DNA of 64,000 nt from assembly GCA_043228905.1 (NCBI GenBank), contig JBHGNT010000009.1, positions 1,364,001 to 1,428,000 on the forward strand, in the 5' to 3' direction. Positions 47,974 through 62,606 of the stretch are shown here, one piece after another (positions within the stretch are counted from its first letter, which is position 1; each line of letters starts with the position of its first letter). The stretch comes from Azolla caroliniana (lineage: Eukaryota; Plantae; Polypodiophyta). The notes under the pieces are model-generated. The model saw nothing but the letters and a program-made list of their open reading frames with translations, was not told the origin of the DNA and did no database searches. A program made the position numbers and the translations under genes.

Positions 47974-49819
47974 ATGGCAGATTGCTCTGTTCATGAAATG
48001 AATTCTTGGGTGGGTCATGGATTGTGTTTCCAAAATAGTTGCCCTGGAGTGTATAATATCTCTACCCCAGGTGCATTAAAGTGTAAGAGGGTAAGTTTTG
48101 TTGGTTTGGAAGGCTGTAATGCTGAGAAAAACAAGGGGTTGGAGGGTTACAATAACAATAATAATAATGGGTGGATCGATATGACTTCGATCGATTGTAA
48201 TGGAGGAGGTGTAGTAAACAAGGTGTTCAAGGATTGCAATCTCAATGTAAAATTGGTTTCAAAAGGTTATGAAAGGACCATGCCAATTGACAGATCTATT
48301 GATGAACATTTACAAAGTAACGAGGAGCCTTCTTTGTATCATGATGATATGGGCTCTCTTATACCGGGGTTGCCAGATGATATTGCGAAATCATGCATGG
48401 CTTTGATCCCGAGGTCAGATTTCCCGGCAATGGGATGCGTTTCCAAATCATGGAAATTGTTCATAGAAAGTCGAGAGTTCCATAAGCTCCGTAAGGATTC
48501 ACGTACATTGGAAGAGTGGCTATACGCATTAACAGTGTCAGATAATCATATGAAGGAGATGAGTTGGCGTGTGTTCAATCCAGAAAAGAATGAGTGGAAG
48601 GGTGTTGCATCAATGCCAGGGCCCACAAAGCTTGGCTCTGGTTTCGCCGTTATTGATGGGAAGCTCTTTGTAATTGGGGGTGTGGTTGAAAATGGTGGTG
48701 CTGTTGCTGATGTGTTGCTTTACGATTCGGCCCTCAACAGGTACTCTCCTCAAAACATCTCATTTTGTATATCATATTTTTTTATTGTTTCTGTTTGCTT
48801 TTTGATGTTCATATTTTTTTGTTATCAATCAAAATTGAGCTACTCTTTTATTAAATTTGAATAGCATCATTTTGGGATTTATCAAAACCATATTGCTTTT
48901 TTCCACATCAAACTTTGCTTTGTTTTTATTATTCGGAATCAATCTTCATGGGAAGGTTTTTCTTTTCCATTTTATTTTTTTCGAATAATAGAAATTTCCA
49001 AAGTTCATATTGTCAAATTCGCATATTTGGAATCTTTTAACTTGGACTAGCAAATTTATGTTGCTAAATCCGAACTTTTTTTTTTTGGATCAGTTTCATA
49101 AAGCGACTTGATTAATTGAATAATGATTATTTTTATCTTGATTAAACAAACCAATATTACTTTTTCCTTCTTTTTTGAACATTATCAGATGGAAGAAGGT
49201 AGCGAGCATGCGAACACCAAGATACGAATTCGCGTGTGCCGTGTTAGGTGGCTTTGTTTATGTTGTGGGAGGCCATGGGATAGCAGGCAAAAACCTGACG
49301 AATGTTGAAGTTTATGACCCACTCAATAATGTTTGGACCGATCTGCCATGTTTAAAGAGAGCGCGGTGGGGTTGCATAGGAAGTGCCCTAGGAGGAAAAT
49401 TATACGTCATGGGTGGCCGATCTAGCTTTACAATAGGCCATTCACGGTGTGTGGATGTGTTTGACCCTGTGACAAAACAATGGCAAGAAGAGAAGAATGG
49501 TTGTATGATGGTATTAACCCATGCAATAGTAGATGAGGAGCTCTTTTGCATTGAGTGGAAGCATGATCGAAAATTGGCGGTTTATAATGCATCAGAAAAC
49601 TCATGGAAAAGAGTGGCATTACCTCTCGCCGGAAGCTTGAATGTTGGCTTCTGTCTTGCTAACTTAGGTGGCAAGTTGTTGCTTTACCCAACAAGGGGAG
49701 AAGCCCCTTGTGACACATTTGTTTTCGATCCTAATGCACCGAGTGCTACTGCGTGGCAGACAATGGAGATCATGAGATCTGTCGGTACTTGTCTCTGTTG
49801 TGCCACAATAGCCGCATAG
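47974..49819 (+). CDS. F-box/kelch-repeat protein, At1g67480-like, 465 aa; exons 47974-48740 and 49189-49819
   Basis: F-box LIPGLPDDIAKSC, LEEWLY, and kelch GG motifs (KLFVIGG, VYVVGG, KLYVMGG). A phase-2 GT-AG intron joins LNR|W. Confidence 0.93.
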
Positions 49820-50864
49820 CTTCCACACCACACACCCTTTCTTTTTTGTTGGTAGTACATTTGCTCTTCATGCTTATGCCATTGTTTCATTTCCATTCAT
49901 GTTTGTTTTTAAAATTTTCAAAGTCGAGGAATAATGTTGTACCATGTCAATGTTTATGGGATATTTCCTTTTCTAATAATGCATCTGCTGCAATAATTCC
50001 TGTTTGATTTATACTTTTTCCTTGACATGATGATGATGGTTTGTTTGTCAAGACATAAACATATGCGGCACCATTAAATGTTACCAGAGTACGTTTGTCT
50101 AGTATGGCAAAATATATTAATTGTGGTAACCATGCATTTGGGTTCAAATTTCCCCAACTTAGCTACCTTACAATTTTGGGATTTAGTTGGCAAATTAAAT
50201 ATAAGGATATGGCCTTCATCGATTATCAAGCTATGGACATGGCCCTCTCTACTTATAGAGTGTGATATCAGTATTTTGTAGAGATTAGCTTTTGTGCTAC
50301 ATCTTTTGAATAGAAAAGACAATGCGAGTGATAGAACATTTTGGTGAAAGATTTGAGGACTAGGAGAAAGATATGCCACATGATTTGCAAATAACAAGTT
50401 ATTATTGTCCATCCATTTATAAGGAATAAGTAAATCTACCGGTTATGAATGAAAAGGGACAATTAGTAATGATGTAAGATTTGGATATCATAGATGATGG
50501 CAACTTATATGACCTTTGGTTGAAGATCGGTTGGTCCTCGGTGCTTTGGGACCAATGTAAAGCATGACATTTTGTTTTTTGTTAAAATACGAAGTTCCTT
50601 TTGCAAGAGATTCCATTGCCACATATTTGCCACATATCAATCACACATATAAAGATAAAAAGTGAAACCATCACCTCTCCTTTGTTTATGAGGAATGATC
50701 TAGAGTAATCCACATCTCCTAGGAGCTTTATAAATGATATAAGCTAATATATTGATGTTCTATATATAGACTAATTAGATTAGTGATAAAGGGTTTCAAG
50801 AACACTAACACATTATGCATTGAATAGTTATTTTGTTACTCTCTCTTTCTCTAGGTTACTTCAA

Positions 50865-51190
50865 AATGGAGAGATACAAAAAATGTAAACACTTGTAGGA
50901 CAATCATGGTTTATTTTTATTTTTATTTTTATGGCAAACCTATTTGGATGTGTAATGGAAGCAACACTAAATGCACAGGCAAAGAAGGATGATAAGAGGG
51001 CTTATGGACAAGTTGGATTTCGAAAACACCATAATAACATAAACCATCTTGTCACTTTTCAAGGGCTAATGGAGGAATGTCACCTCAAGAAAGCTTTTCA
51101 TATAGTGTCATTGGAGCATGTTTGGAGATGCATGGAAATACCAAGTGCATATATGCTTACAATTTCTTGAATCTATGCAGAGGTGACATG
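50865..51190 (+). pseudogene. LINE RT fragment (a different family from the 34.5-kb LINE)
   Basis: RTIMV...RAYGQVGFRKHH...HLVT...KKAF remnants. Confidence 0.65.
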
Positions 51191-51379
51191 TGTTTTAATG
51201 AGTAACTTGTACACATTGATAAGAAAGGCCTATTGGCTAGATTGGTTTAAACCCTCGAACCCTGACTATGAAAGGGCATAATCTATGCTAAGAGGGCAAC
51301 TCTTGTATTATAGCATTTATGGCTGCATCACTTGGGAATATAGTGCTTAAGCATTGTCCCAATCTTTAGGCGGATTTTG

Positions 51380-51950
51380 CCTATTGTTTCTTTGGAGAAA
51401 TCAACGTTGGGTGCTTGGGTCTCAAGAGATACATCTTTGACACTTTGAAGACATGACCATCCCTATATGATCGTAATTTGTCACCCATGGACATTAAAAA
51501 GATATCTATCTATTAAGGATATTTCAAGAAATTCAATGGAATGTTGTGGATGTAGTCAAGAAGATTTGGCCGACTTTAGTGCATACACTAAAAGGAGAAT
51601 ACGATGTTATCAAGGGTGATTCATATATAGTCTTTCGAAAGCAAGAGGTTTTTAAGAAGAGATGGGAAAGCCCGAATGTCTTCTTCATGTTTAATGGTTG
51701 TATCATTTGAGGTATCAACCACCTCTCTAGGTATTTCCTCCACCGACATGAGGCATGTGACCATGTACAATCAATTGATAAGGGAAAGGAAGTTCATCAT
51801 TGAGGAGATAATCAACAACGGATTACTAGAAAAACATGTTGTATTGTACTTAATAATGCTTTGGTAGATATGTATGCAAAATGTGGTGCACTAATGAATG
51901 TCTGTGGTAGCCTAAGAGCAGCTGAAAAAGGTGAAAATTCCATGATGGAT
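51380..51950 (+). pseudogene. PLS-class PPR pseudogene fragment
   Basis: EEIINNGLLEKHVVL, frameshift, NALVDMYAKCGAL at ~51800-51895. Confidence 0.65.
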
Positions 51951-53935
51951 TTGTTAACAATATTTGGAGGTGTCCATGTATCATTTATACCACTTTAGCC
52001 ATGATAGCATAAATCAATGTTGGAAAGAAGAAGAAGTAGTAGTAGTATCTATCTATCTATCTCACATGCCACTTAGCTCACACACACTATGATGGATGAT
52101 GGACATTGGGGCACAAGTGATGAGAGTAGTCAATTATGCACGATTTGTCAAAAACAAGTTTGGGAGTGAGTGTCAAACCTTGATACAATGCTCTACCTTT
52201 GAATCTTTGATCACATTAGGCTATGCTTTCTACACATCTTCCACCAAACTAAATTATTGCACAAATTTCTCTCATAGTCAAAGTGTGCACTCTCGATTTG
52301 TGAGATCAACTTGTTTACCAAAGTGCAACTTCTATTCTACAAGGAGTCAAAATATTTGTGAGCATGTCTTATTGTAATCAATGGATGGGTGCATAGAATA
52401 TCATTGGTCTTGTACAAGAAAGAGCCTATTTGTAGGTTAAAGGGATATTATTAACCAAACATAATGGATGGAGTTATTCTTGCACTTGTAACACTCCAGA
52501 AATCATATGAATATCATACACATATAGTTGGTTCCATCTTACCTGATCATCCCACAAACATTGGGAAACAAAGTGATAAATGTATTTAGAATATTCCATA
52601 TCAATATCTTGGTGTAATTAGCCCACATACAAAAGGTAGGATGGTGCATATTCCATGTAGAATGTTTCATGCCTAATTAATTACCCTACATTCATTCGGA
52701 AGTTTCTTAATGAGGTAAGCGACATTAGCATATGCCATTCACGGTGGAGAGCTTGTAGGTGTGGCATCTAATACATCTAGTTGAAGTAGCAAAGTCAATG
52801 TTCGATCTCAACATTGAGCATGTATTAATACAAATGCCTCTTTGTCTTCATCTTCGAAAACAAAACAAAATATTATATAACTAGTTTCGAACAAATTCGC
52901 ATTCTAATGGTGATATGACTATACGAAGGTATGATTACATTGAATGATTTGAATGTATTTATTCTATGATAGTGGTGACGTGTATATTATCGCAATAGTT
53001 TGAAGTGTGAAATTATAAGCCATTTACTGGCGCTTAATATTGTCTCTAATATCTATCATACAAAGTTTTAGTAAATACACCTTTTTAGACACTTACTGGA
53101 AACTTTGGTCTCCCGTTAACATTCAAGCATTGTTTACAATGGATATCTATAAAAGGAGTGCATCTCTCTAAATATATTGATAGGAGTAAAATCAACTTTC
53201 AATTAATTTTTCACAATTATTCCTCAAAAGGGTGCTCTTGTACGATTTGTCGTTTTCAATCAATAGCGACTACGTATTCCTACACTACTTTTTGTTTCAC
53301 ATTTTGACAAATACCCATGAAAAGGGCGCTTAAAATATTCATACAATCCTCCCTACTGAATTTACAAAAGTTAATAAAACAAAATTGCATGAAAACATTA
53401 TCAAAACACCCCTACATTTTATGAAATGACCGAAATAGCCCGAACTTCACAAACAATCACCGAAATGAATATCTTTGAAAAGGGTGCTTCAAATGTTTAT
53501 ACTATCCTACCTTTCAATCTGAATGAGACCATCGCGAAAATGATCAAGAATGCCCCGAGTTTTATTTTAAATCACCAAAATTAATTAGGTTATTATGATT
53601 TGAATCGTGAGCTATCAAAATAAGTAGGGTCATTGATGGAATTTGAGAAGAGATTAAGGGTACTCGAGTAATTTGCTTTAGTCAAAAAAGTAAATTGTCA
53701 AGTAAAAACAATGGTTTAAGGACGGATCTTATTCGATAACAGGGAAAAAGTTATAAGCTTCAAAGCAAACACTGACTTACAAGTTATTTGGAGAATGAAA
53801 TGGTGGCTATACAAAGAGAGAGGGGCATGCTTGGTTGGGTCCTTACAGATTTGCTATGCAGGAATACAAATACATTAAAATCGCATAGTTTTATCAATAT
53901 AAGGGTTGGGGGGGCAGGCCACACAATGCACATGA

Positions 53936-54496
53936 TCAGTAATAGAGATCGAGGTCGAAGAAGAGGGTCCAATATGCGGGCGGGACGTGGTTGATGAAGG
54001 TAAGTGTGGACACGGCGCTTCCGCGTGCGGCTAGGAAATCTCCGGTCCCGCCCACCACGGCTAGGTGCCGTGTCGCGATGGTCTCGTCTTCTTGCCCCAA
54101 TATCACGACCGTGCCCTTGTGCGGGCCATCGGTGATCGTGGCCGTGAAGATGTGGAAGAGCACAAACTTATGTTGGGAATTGATGATCCATATGCCTTGT
54201 GCCACCCCGATGTGTGTCGAGTTCGGCAATGGCCCCGTCGTGATGTTCGCCTCGAATGTGGCGCGTACCCCGAAGCTATACGGGTTGGGCTGGCTGAAAT
54301 TGAATGGCCCCGCGCTATACACTGCGTTAAACACCGAGTTGTTCACGGCCGGGTTGTAGATTTGGTTGTGGATGTAGAACGCGAAATGATCAGGGCCTTG
54401 GGGCGGCTTCCGGCGCGCGTCCGCCACATTTGCGATGGAAGCCAACACGATCACACAAAGCACTAAAGGCATGGCCACTCTCATCATGTTGGCCAT
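53936..54496 (-). CDS. Dirigent-family protein with signal peptide (copy 1)
   Basis: Intronless, 186 aa; FYIH, FG...FE..IT.GP, IGVAQG, RHLAVVGGTGDFLAARG; several NxS/T sites. Confidence 0.93.
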   Translation of the reverse strand: MANMMRVAMPLVLCVIVLASIANVADARRKPPQGPDHFAFYIHNQIYNPAVNNSVFNAVYSAGPFNFSQPNPYSFGVRATFEANITTGPLPNSTHIGVAQGIWIINSQHKFVLFHIFTATITDGPHKGTVVILGQEDETIATRHLAVVGGTGDFLAARGSAVSTLTFINHVPPAYWTLFFDLDLYY

Positions 54497-57169
54497 CTCT
54501 TATCTATGTAAGGTGCAAATTTAGGATGTGTACAAGCTAGTGTAGATGTGAATGGGTTGGGTGGGTGGGTTGGTTCTTGAGATATATCTCTAAGAAGGGC
54601 TTGTTTGTAAGTGTTTGATGGAAAGGTGTGAGTATAAGGTTGTCAATATATAGAGAATTAGGAGGGTTGACATGGACCGGTCTTCCTTCACCACAAATAC
54701 CCTTTCCTAGTGTGACAAACATATTTGCACGCGTCGGAAAATTACACAACTTACCATCGATATTATATTTCTTATGGATGACTTTCTTAATCAAGTTAAT
54801 ATGTTGTCCATCCATCCAAGCACACATTTTCCACTTGCATTAGACTTTTGAGAAGTAAGCTCTCTCATTGTCAACATTCATCTCTATTATAACTTTGATT
54901 GTCAACATGCACCAACACGCTCTCTTTTAATGCCATCCTTTCACATCTTTCATGTTTTGAGCTAGATTTCCAACTTTCAATCTTTGTCACAAGAACATTT
55001 CTTTCATGCATAAACACCGAATATTAGAGCACACATTTGTTATCAAGGGGTCTTTTTTTTCAACGTATGTAGCAATCTCAAATTAATGTCTCTTTATCAA
55101 ATTTCTAAAGTCCATACGTGTTTTATTCCCCAAAAGCATAAACTTCAATTGGGATTTGTTTCAACGTTTCAAATCTATATGGTTATTGGCATTTGAAATG
55201 TCAATACAACATGTTATCTTTTCGAAACAAATTTTTTGTTTCGATTGAATCTAAAAGTTCGTTGAAATGTTCTAAATCAAAGTAGTTATTATTGGAACCT
55301 AAGGGAATCTTTTACAAGATCAATTATTAATAAAAAACAATGCATTGTTCGCCAACGCACAATGTGAAAGCATTACCTTCATACAACATATATTAGAGAT
55401 GTTAGATCTTGTGCCACAAATTAATTTGGTATGGATTCCCAAGATAATTACTTTATTCAACTTCAAAAATACAAAAATATGAAAGGACTTTGAGATAGAG
55501 AACCCCCTAGTTGCCTAGTAAATTTTCTGTTGTGTTGTGTTGTGTTGTGAACTCAACTATATTGCGATGATTGTGTTTAATAAATCTAGTTTTAGATCAT
55601 GCACAATTAAAAAATTCTCTTGAAAAATGGGTTTACAAAATTGTAACTGACGCGTTTGTGTCCAAAATAATACAAAAAGTGGAAGATTTGCCACTTGTCC
55701 CTTTAAAGGCTGTATTAGACAAAAACAACTCCCATCATTAAGCATAATAGTATTAATGAATTGTTGTTGAAAGAGCCACACCTATCCACGATCCTTCATC
55801 CCTTTATTTATTTTGTTTAGGGAAACGTTGCAAAATGCAACATGTACACATTAAACCTACTCATCCAGTATTCACATAATAGAGAAATATACAATGTTTG
55901 TTAAATAAGATTGTCAAAAGTTAAGCACGTACCGCAAACTTTCTAATATAATACATAAAATGCACAATAGGCAGACAATAACTTGCCTTGATATATAACC
56001 CTACACGTTGTGACCACAAACCCTCTCACATAGAGTGATAAATTATTATAGTGGAAATGTTGTGGCAAATGTTAAATATAACTATCCATCAAAACCAAAT
56101 TAAAAAATATCCAATGTTGTGTAGAATTACCTGACACAAGCCTTGGTAGTGAATGACCTAGGTCCATGGAAAATTGGAAGTATTACTGTTTATTTTGGTA
56201 CTCTTCTATATTGTGATGATCGACTTTAGTGTTCTTCATGAATGTCTTAATGCCTTGGTCGCTCTTATGTCACGAAGGTTATGTTTAGATGAGGATCCAT
56301 TAGTGACATAGGATGCTTATAATCCAAGAGTAACATCTAACCTCCATGCAAGGAGAAGCTATAATAATGGCATGGAAGTGATGTGGTTGCTCATTGTAGT
56401 TCATTGGAGAAGTTGCGCATGTGAGTCCACACATCACGACAATGATGTTTTTGAGCATAAGGGTGTACTATTCTTAGTTTGCACATTAAACCATGCTAAG
56501 AGTCGTGTGCATGTGTGTGACTACATGCATGTGTACGTAAGTGATAGTAGAGTGAGTGAGTGTGTGCAGATCATGCATGAAAGATTGTATGTGTGTGGGC
56601 AATTATTCTTTGTATCTATATTTCCATATGAAAGTGTTTTTGGATATGTAAGTGTGATCACTTGCCTTGAACTAGAAATCCGACCTACTATTATAAAGAA
56701 ATCTATCTATCTCACATGTGACTTAGCTCACATGTATGATGGTGTGAGATGGGGCATTGGGGCACATTTGACTATGCTTTCCACACATCTTCGAGCAAAC
56801 CCAATCCTTGCACAAATGTCTCTCATTATCATATGCAAGTGATAGTGGAGTGTGTGGATCATGCATGGAAGATGTTTTGCACTTTAGATATGAGAGAGGG
56901 ATCAAGGACCCCTCTAACATGTTTTTTAGGATTAAATATTGATAAGGCTAGCTGCCTAATCAGCCTAAGATCCTTCCTCAACCAATTAATTGAATGATTA
57001 AGTTCTATACTCACCAAATAGTTCAATTATGTTTCATACCTTGTATTTTTTCTTTTACTTTTAATTTTTTTCTCTTACTTTTATTTTTTTAGTTCTATTA
57101 GGATACTTAATTTATAGTGTTAAGTAAACATTTTAAGGTACAACAATTAAGAATATTGTTATTCACAAA

Positions 57170-58700
57170 AGTTTAGGCTAGTTAGAATACTCAAAATTTA
57201 CTAAGCCAGAAAATGCCCACCAAAAGAGCACCAACATAAGCCCTCCATTCCTCCTTTTATATTGAGCCAAGAAACCCTAAACCCCACCATATATATACCC
57301 AACAAAAATGAACACCACAATAAGCCCTCCTTTCCTCCTTTTATAGTTAGAGTAGGGGGGCTTTCATAAAATGAGAAGATATGACCACCGAATGGAACAT
57401 GCCTGATTCCTATTTTTCGTCGCTTATAACCTTCCCTTTAGCTATATGTTCTGGTTACGCAAGATCACTTTGGTGTTCATTTATGTCCCATAATCTAGTC
57501 CTCCTCAATGGTATACTTGGTGCTTGATTGACAAAGAAAAGTGGTCCGCATCCGCAAAGACAAACATATCCTGCATCGAAGAGAACTTGAACTTTTATGC
57601 ATAATGAAGAACAAAGGAAAGATACAACAATATTGAAACAAACTATTGTAAATAGAGAGAAAATCCATTCTTCATTAGTCTCCTCGTTCACCACTTCGTC
57701 TTCAACCATATTGAATTCTCAACTACCCCCCTTCTCATTGAGAAGCAAAAAACGGTGGATAACTCCTACACACACACAAGCCAAGATTTGAAACCTTCAC
57801 CTTCCCCAATGCAATCAATTGCCATTGACTTTTAGGACATTGGTCACAGTGATGCTTACAACTAGAACAAAGAATGCCTTGAATTAAAATAAGCTTGGTA
57901 GATTAGGATATGATTATAAGATGGAAACTAACCTGGGAGGTAAGGGTCATTGTACCATAGAGAAATAATGCATGACAAATATGAACAACGAAAATAGGAA
58001 GGTAGAAGTAAGTATTTACTAGCCATTGTACACATTTCAAGTACACATTTCGGGGATCGATGTGACAGACTCTATGGCTAATAAGAACCAGTTCAGAAGA
58101 CATACTTGAAAGTTGAAAGGTTTTAATTACCATGGCTAGCATATTATAAGTGAATCACCAACCAAGCATGAGTACTATTATTGTGGCACCACCAATCAAA
58201 GATATCAAGCTATGACCCTAGTAGAGGAGAAACCTTTGGTTTCTACTTGCAAACAAGTCTAAGAACTCATGGTCTACTTCCACAAAAAGATGAAGTGACA
58301 CACTTATGGCGGTGATCACATCTTCTTAAATTTGTTATCCATATTCCCTTTTGAAGTCGTGTTCCATGTGGTAACCTTTACAATTTGCATACCACAATAG
58401 TTACAACATGAGAAATGAGGTTCAAGCTTTCCTAAGCAAAAACAAACACAAAGAGAGTCATACTTTTGTCAAACCTCCACCAAGCCCACATCCAAAACTC
58501 ATGTCATACCTGAGGAACAAGGGGAAGGGGGTGTTCCAATTGACCTAAAGAGGTCTCCTTACCTAAGAAAATTGAGCCATATCCAAATCCTATATCTGAA
58601 TTATCTAAAGTCGAGGAATACAGCATTCACATGTTGATTTTGGGTTTCAAAGATGATGTTCAATCTACATCAAGCACATACATAGATGCCACCTGACCTT
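57170..58700 (+). mobile_element. Probable heavily decayed retroelement insertion present only in duplicate 2
   Basis: Absent from duplicate 1; faint gag/RT-like remnants at ~58300-58680. Confidence 0.3.
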
Positions 58701-60343
58701 GACTACTAGTTTTTAAAGAGCCATGCTTAGTTGTTAAAAATGTGTATTTTATCATAAGAATACATTGAAGTATTCTACATATATTCGGCGTTTTAGAATT
58801 ACCATTTTAAAGTGTTTCACATATTCTATGTATTTAATGTATTCTACATATTTAACAAGCATTTAATATTTCCAAAAAACATTAGAAGTTAGAACTAATA
58901 AATCTATTTATTTATGTTGAGGACTTTACAATTTAAGAAGTATTGAAGGATTCCACACATATTAATCTACTTGTTTAATGTATTGTATCTAAAGTATACT
59001 CATTTAAGTCATTATAAAAAAAGGTAGAAAACTTAGCTTATGTATTCTACCTCTATTGTATGCTAATTATTATTCTACATGGAGCCATGGAATTCTCCAA
59101 AAACAAAACAAAAAATTAATGAGCTATTTTCCAACATATTTGCGTCCTAATGACAATATGATTATATCAAAGTATGACGATATTACATGACTTGAATGTA
59201 CATATTTATCACCTGATAGTGGCAAAATGTATATCCTAGCAATAATGACCCAATATTGTCTTCGTCATACAATTACTTAGTAAATACTCATTGTTAGACG
59301 CTTAATAAAAACTTACCTACTACCATGGTTTGAGCATCCTTTACAATGGATGTCCCAAGAGAGTGCCTCTATATTCATAGAAGTAAAATCTCGTTAAATT
59401 GTTTTTGACCAACGATCCTCTTATTTATTCTTATATATTTGCATGCTTTGTCACTTTCATATGATATTAAGCAGCTACATTTAGCTACATTTTCACATCA
59501 TACATGCAATTCTTATATGTCTTGACAAATACAGTTGAAAAGGGTGCTTATAAATTTATAAGATCCTCCGTAGTGAAATATGTTTGGGACCAATTTGTAA
59601 AAGCTTAAAAAGAACACCATAACACTACTAATATCTCAACAAAGTATGAAATGCCCTTATGTTTTGTCAAATGGCCAAAATACCCTTGTCTTTTGTCAAA
59701 TGACCAAAATACCCCCTTAACTTCATAACCTTTTGTTTATAAACTCCTCCTTTCCAATTTGTAAGCAACCCTCACCGCAATGCTCAATGAATACCCCCAT
59801 TTTATTTTAAATCACCTCAACCTTTTAACAAAGTACCAACATACCCCCCACACATGAATTAGGTCAAAATTACCAATCTTCTTTTGTTAAAATACCAAAA
59901 AATAGCCTCAAGATTCTAGCTAAATACCCCTATTATAGATCTAGATCAAGATAGTATGATTAATATTATTATCTTTATCGGCTCTCATTTGCTAATTATG
60001 CAATTAAGTATGGGCTTACATCTTACTTATGAAAGTAATTAGATTGCCATGAATAGTATTGTAGGCTCTCAAAATGAGTAGGGCTACTGATGCAATTAGT
60101 TAGTTAAAACGGTGCTTTGGTAAAAATAAAAAAATAAATAGATATGTGACTTTGAAAAACAATAGTTTAAGGCTCTTATTCTTAAGATGCAAATGAAGGA
60201 AGACAATAAACTTACAACTTATTATGAGTAATGAAAGGGTGGTTTACATCTTTGGGTCTCAAGGGGAGACCTATTAGAAGTTTATTAGAAGAAGGATTGC
60301 ATCAATATGTACAGTAATTTTCTGACATAAAGGTACAGTCAAA

Positions 60344-60907
60344 TCAGTAGTAGAGATCGCAATCAAAGAGAAGGGTCCAGTTTGCGGGGGGTTTGTGGTC
60401 AATGACGGTTAGTTTGGAAACGGCCACGCCACGTGCGGCTAAGAAATCTCCCGTCCCCCCGACAATGGGGAGGTACCGAGTCGCGAGGGTCTCGTCTTCC
60501 TGACCCATTATCACAAGGGTGCCCTTGTACGCACCCTCGGTGAATGTGGCCGTGAAGATGTGGAAAAGGACATACTTATGTTGGGAGTCGAGGATCCACA
60601 TGCCTTGCGCCACACCGATGCGTTTCGAGGTCGGCGATGGCCCCGTTGTGATGTTCACCTCGAATGTGGAGCGTACCCCGAAGCTATATGGGTTGGGCTG
60701 GCTCAAATTCAAAGGGCCTGCACTATACACCGAGGTAAAGACCGAGTTGTTTACCGCAGGGTTATAGACTTGGTTGTGGATGTAGAATGTGAAATGACTA
60801 GGACCCTGAGGTGGTTTACGCCGCGCCTCGGCCACATCACCGATCAATGCCAACGAAATCACACAAGAGAGTACCAAAAGGATCTCCACTCTCATCTTGC
60901 CAGCCAT
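60344..60907 (-). CDS. Dirigent-family protein with signal peptide (copy 2)
   Basis: 187-aa close paralogue with IVGGTGDFLAARG. Confidence 0.93.
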   Translation of the reverse strand: MAGKMRVEILLVLSCVISLALIGDVAEARRKPPQGPSHFTFYIHNQVYNPAVNNSVFTSVYSAGPLNLSQPNPYSFGVRSTFEVNITTGPSPTSKRIGVAQGMWILDSQHKYVLFHIFTATFTEGAYKGTLVIMGQEDETLATRYLPIVGGTGDFLAARGVAVSKLTVIDHKPPANWTLLFDCDLYY

Positions 60908-62575
60908 TTTATGTAATTATATGCACTTTGGTTGTGTATGGATGTGTATTATGAAATTTGTATGTATAAGCTTGTGTAGTTTTGTGTGGGAGTGTAGATT
61001 CTCTAGCAATTCTTGTTGAGTGTGTGATCAAAAGGAGTGAGTAGCTTGCCATTATATAGAGAAGGATAAGAGTTGACTTAGACTAGTCTTCCTTGTCCAA
61101 CTCACATCTTCTAAAATTAAACATTACCTACCATGCATATCATATTTCTTATGGACGACTTTCTCAATTAAGTTAACGATTGCTCTTGTATATTATTGAA
61201 GGCACACGCTTCCCACTTGAATTAGACTCTTTAGGGGGGTCTCCATTCTCATTGTCAACATTCATCGTATACCTTTTATTGTCAACATGTGTGTACACGA
61301 ATCCCTTTCTTTCTACTTTTCATTCGTCTTGATAATATTATTAATAACCCCTTGTAGCCTAGTAAATCGTGAGCTTTGTTTTGTCTTCGGATGTTTGTGT
61401 TTACTGATTTTAAACTATTTTAGTTTTAAATCATGCACACTAACAATTGCTCATGAAAGATGGGTTTACAACCATGGAATTGGCAGATTTGTCCACAATA
61501 CAAAGAGTGAAAACATAATCACTTGCCCCGATAAAGGCTATATTGAAAAAAAAAGACATAAGAGTAATTAGTGATTGTTGTGCAAGTGCCCCACTCATGC
61601 ATGAAGCTCCATCCCTCAATAGGCTGATTCAATATTAGTGAAACAACACCAAGTCTAAACAATTTTAAAAGTTTTTGGCTTGAATGTATGTACATAAAAT
61701 TTAATCATCCAATATTCATTGACTAAAGAGAGATATACCACTTGTTGAGGTTCTCAAGTCGAATCACCATTACATAACTATTTGTTAATGCAAATCCTTT
61801 CATGTAGAGCAATAAATTATTGTAGTGCAAATGTTGTGGCAAATGTGAATATCCAATATGTGTAGACGTTTAGTGTCTGTCACAAGAGCATGAATATTGT
61901 TACTACATAGCGCAAGCCCGAGTAATGCCATTATTCATGAACTACTACACATGGTAATGTTTGATATTCATATTCTTCGTGAATGCCCTTCCTTGGTTGG
62001 CCATGTGTGATAGTGTTGTATCTAGGTGAGGAAACCATAAGTTGCACTAGGGTGTTTATAATTCAAGAGTGTAACCAACCTTGACACAATAAGCCACTTG
62101 CTAAGGAACAAATAAAGATATATAACATGCATATCGAAAAAGAATAGAGGAAAGGTAAGCCATTCATGTGAGAAAATGTATTCTCATAAGCTATGTGGAA
62201 TCATTAGGACTGAAGTCTGGCCCAAAGGCACGAAGATTTTTATTCAAGAGATCTAACAATGGAGAGTCTTAAATAGAAGTGTTTATTTATTTTCCAAAAA
62301 GTAAGATAGAAGTATTAATAAGACAATTGTAACATAGGGTGGATTCCTTAATAAAACCAATGGCATCACAAAAGCACAAGGTATATTACGACAAAATTGT
62401 TCTCTTAGCCTTCTTGAGATAAAAGAAGTAGAAATTTCACATTAAGGGTATGGGGGGGGGGGGGGGGAATAGAATCCATCGTAATGTTAGCTTTATTTAT
62501 ATTTATAAATAATAATAATAATTAGAAACTAGAAAAAAAAGTGATGAACTCATTGCCCTAATAAAACGATGCCTT

Positions 62576-62606
<31 letters not shown>

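Larger units (their letters stand above)
52040..62080. repeat. Old tandem duplication carrying the dirigent genes (~52040-56350 and ~56700-62080)
   Basis: Homologous flanks: ATCTATCTATCTCACATG at ~52050 and 56701; 52860-53330 versus 59100-59550; GGAAATGTTGTGGCAAATG at ~56053 versus ~61827. Confidence 0.75.

Noticed and set aside
48741-48864. Hydrophobic tail on the F-box ORF
   Set aside because: Intron read-through; splicing restores the kelch repeat.
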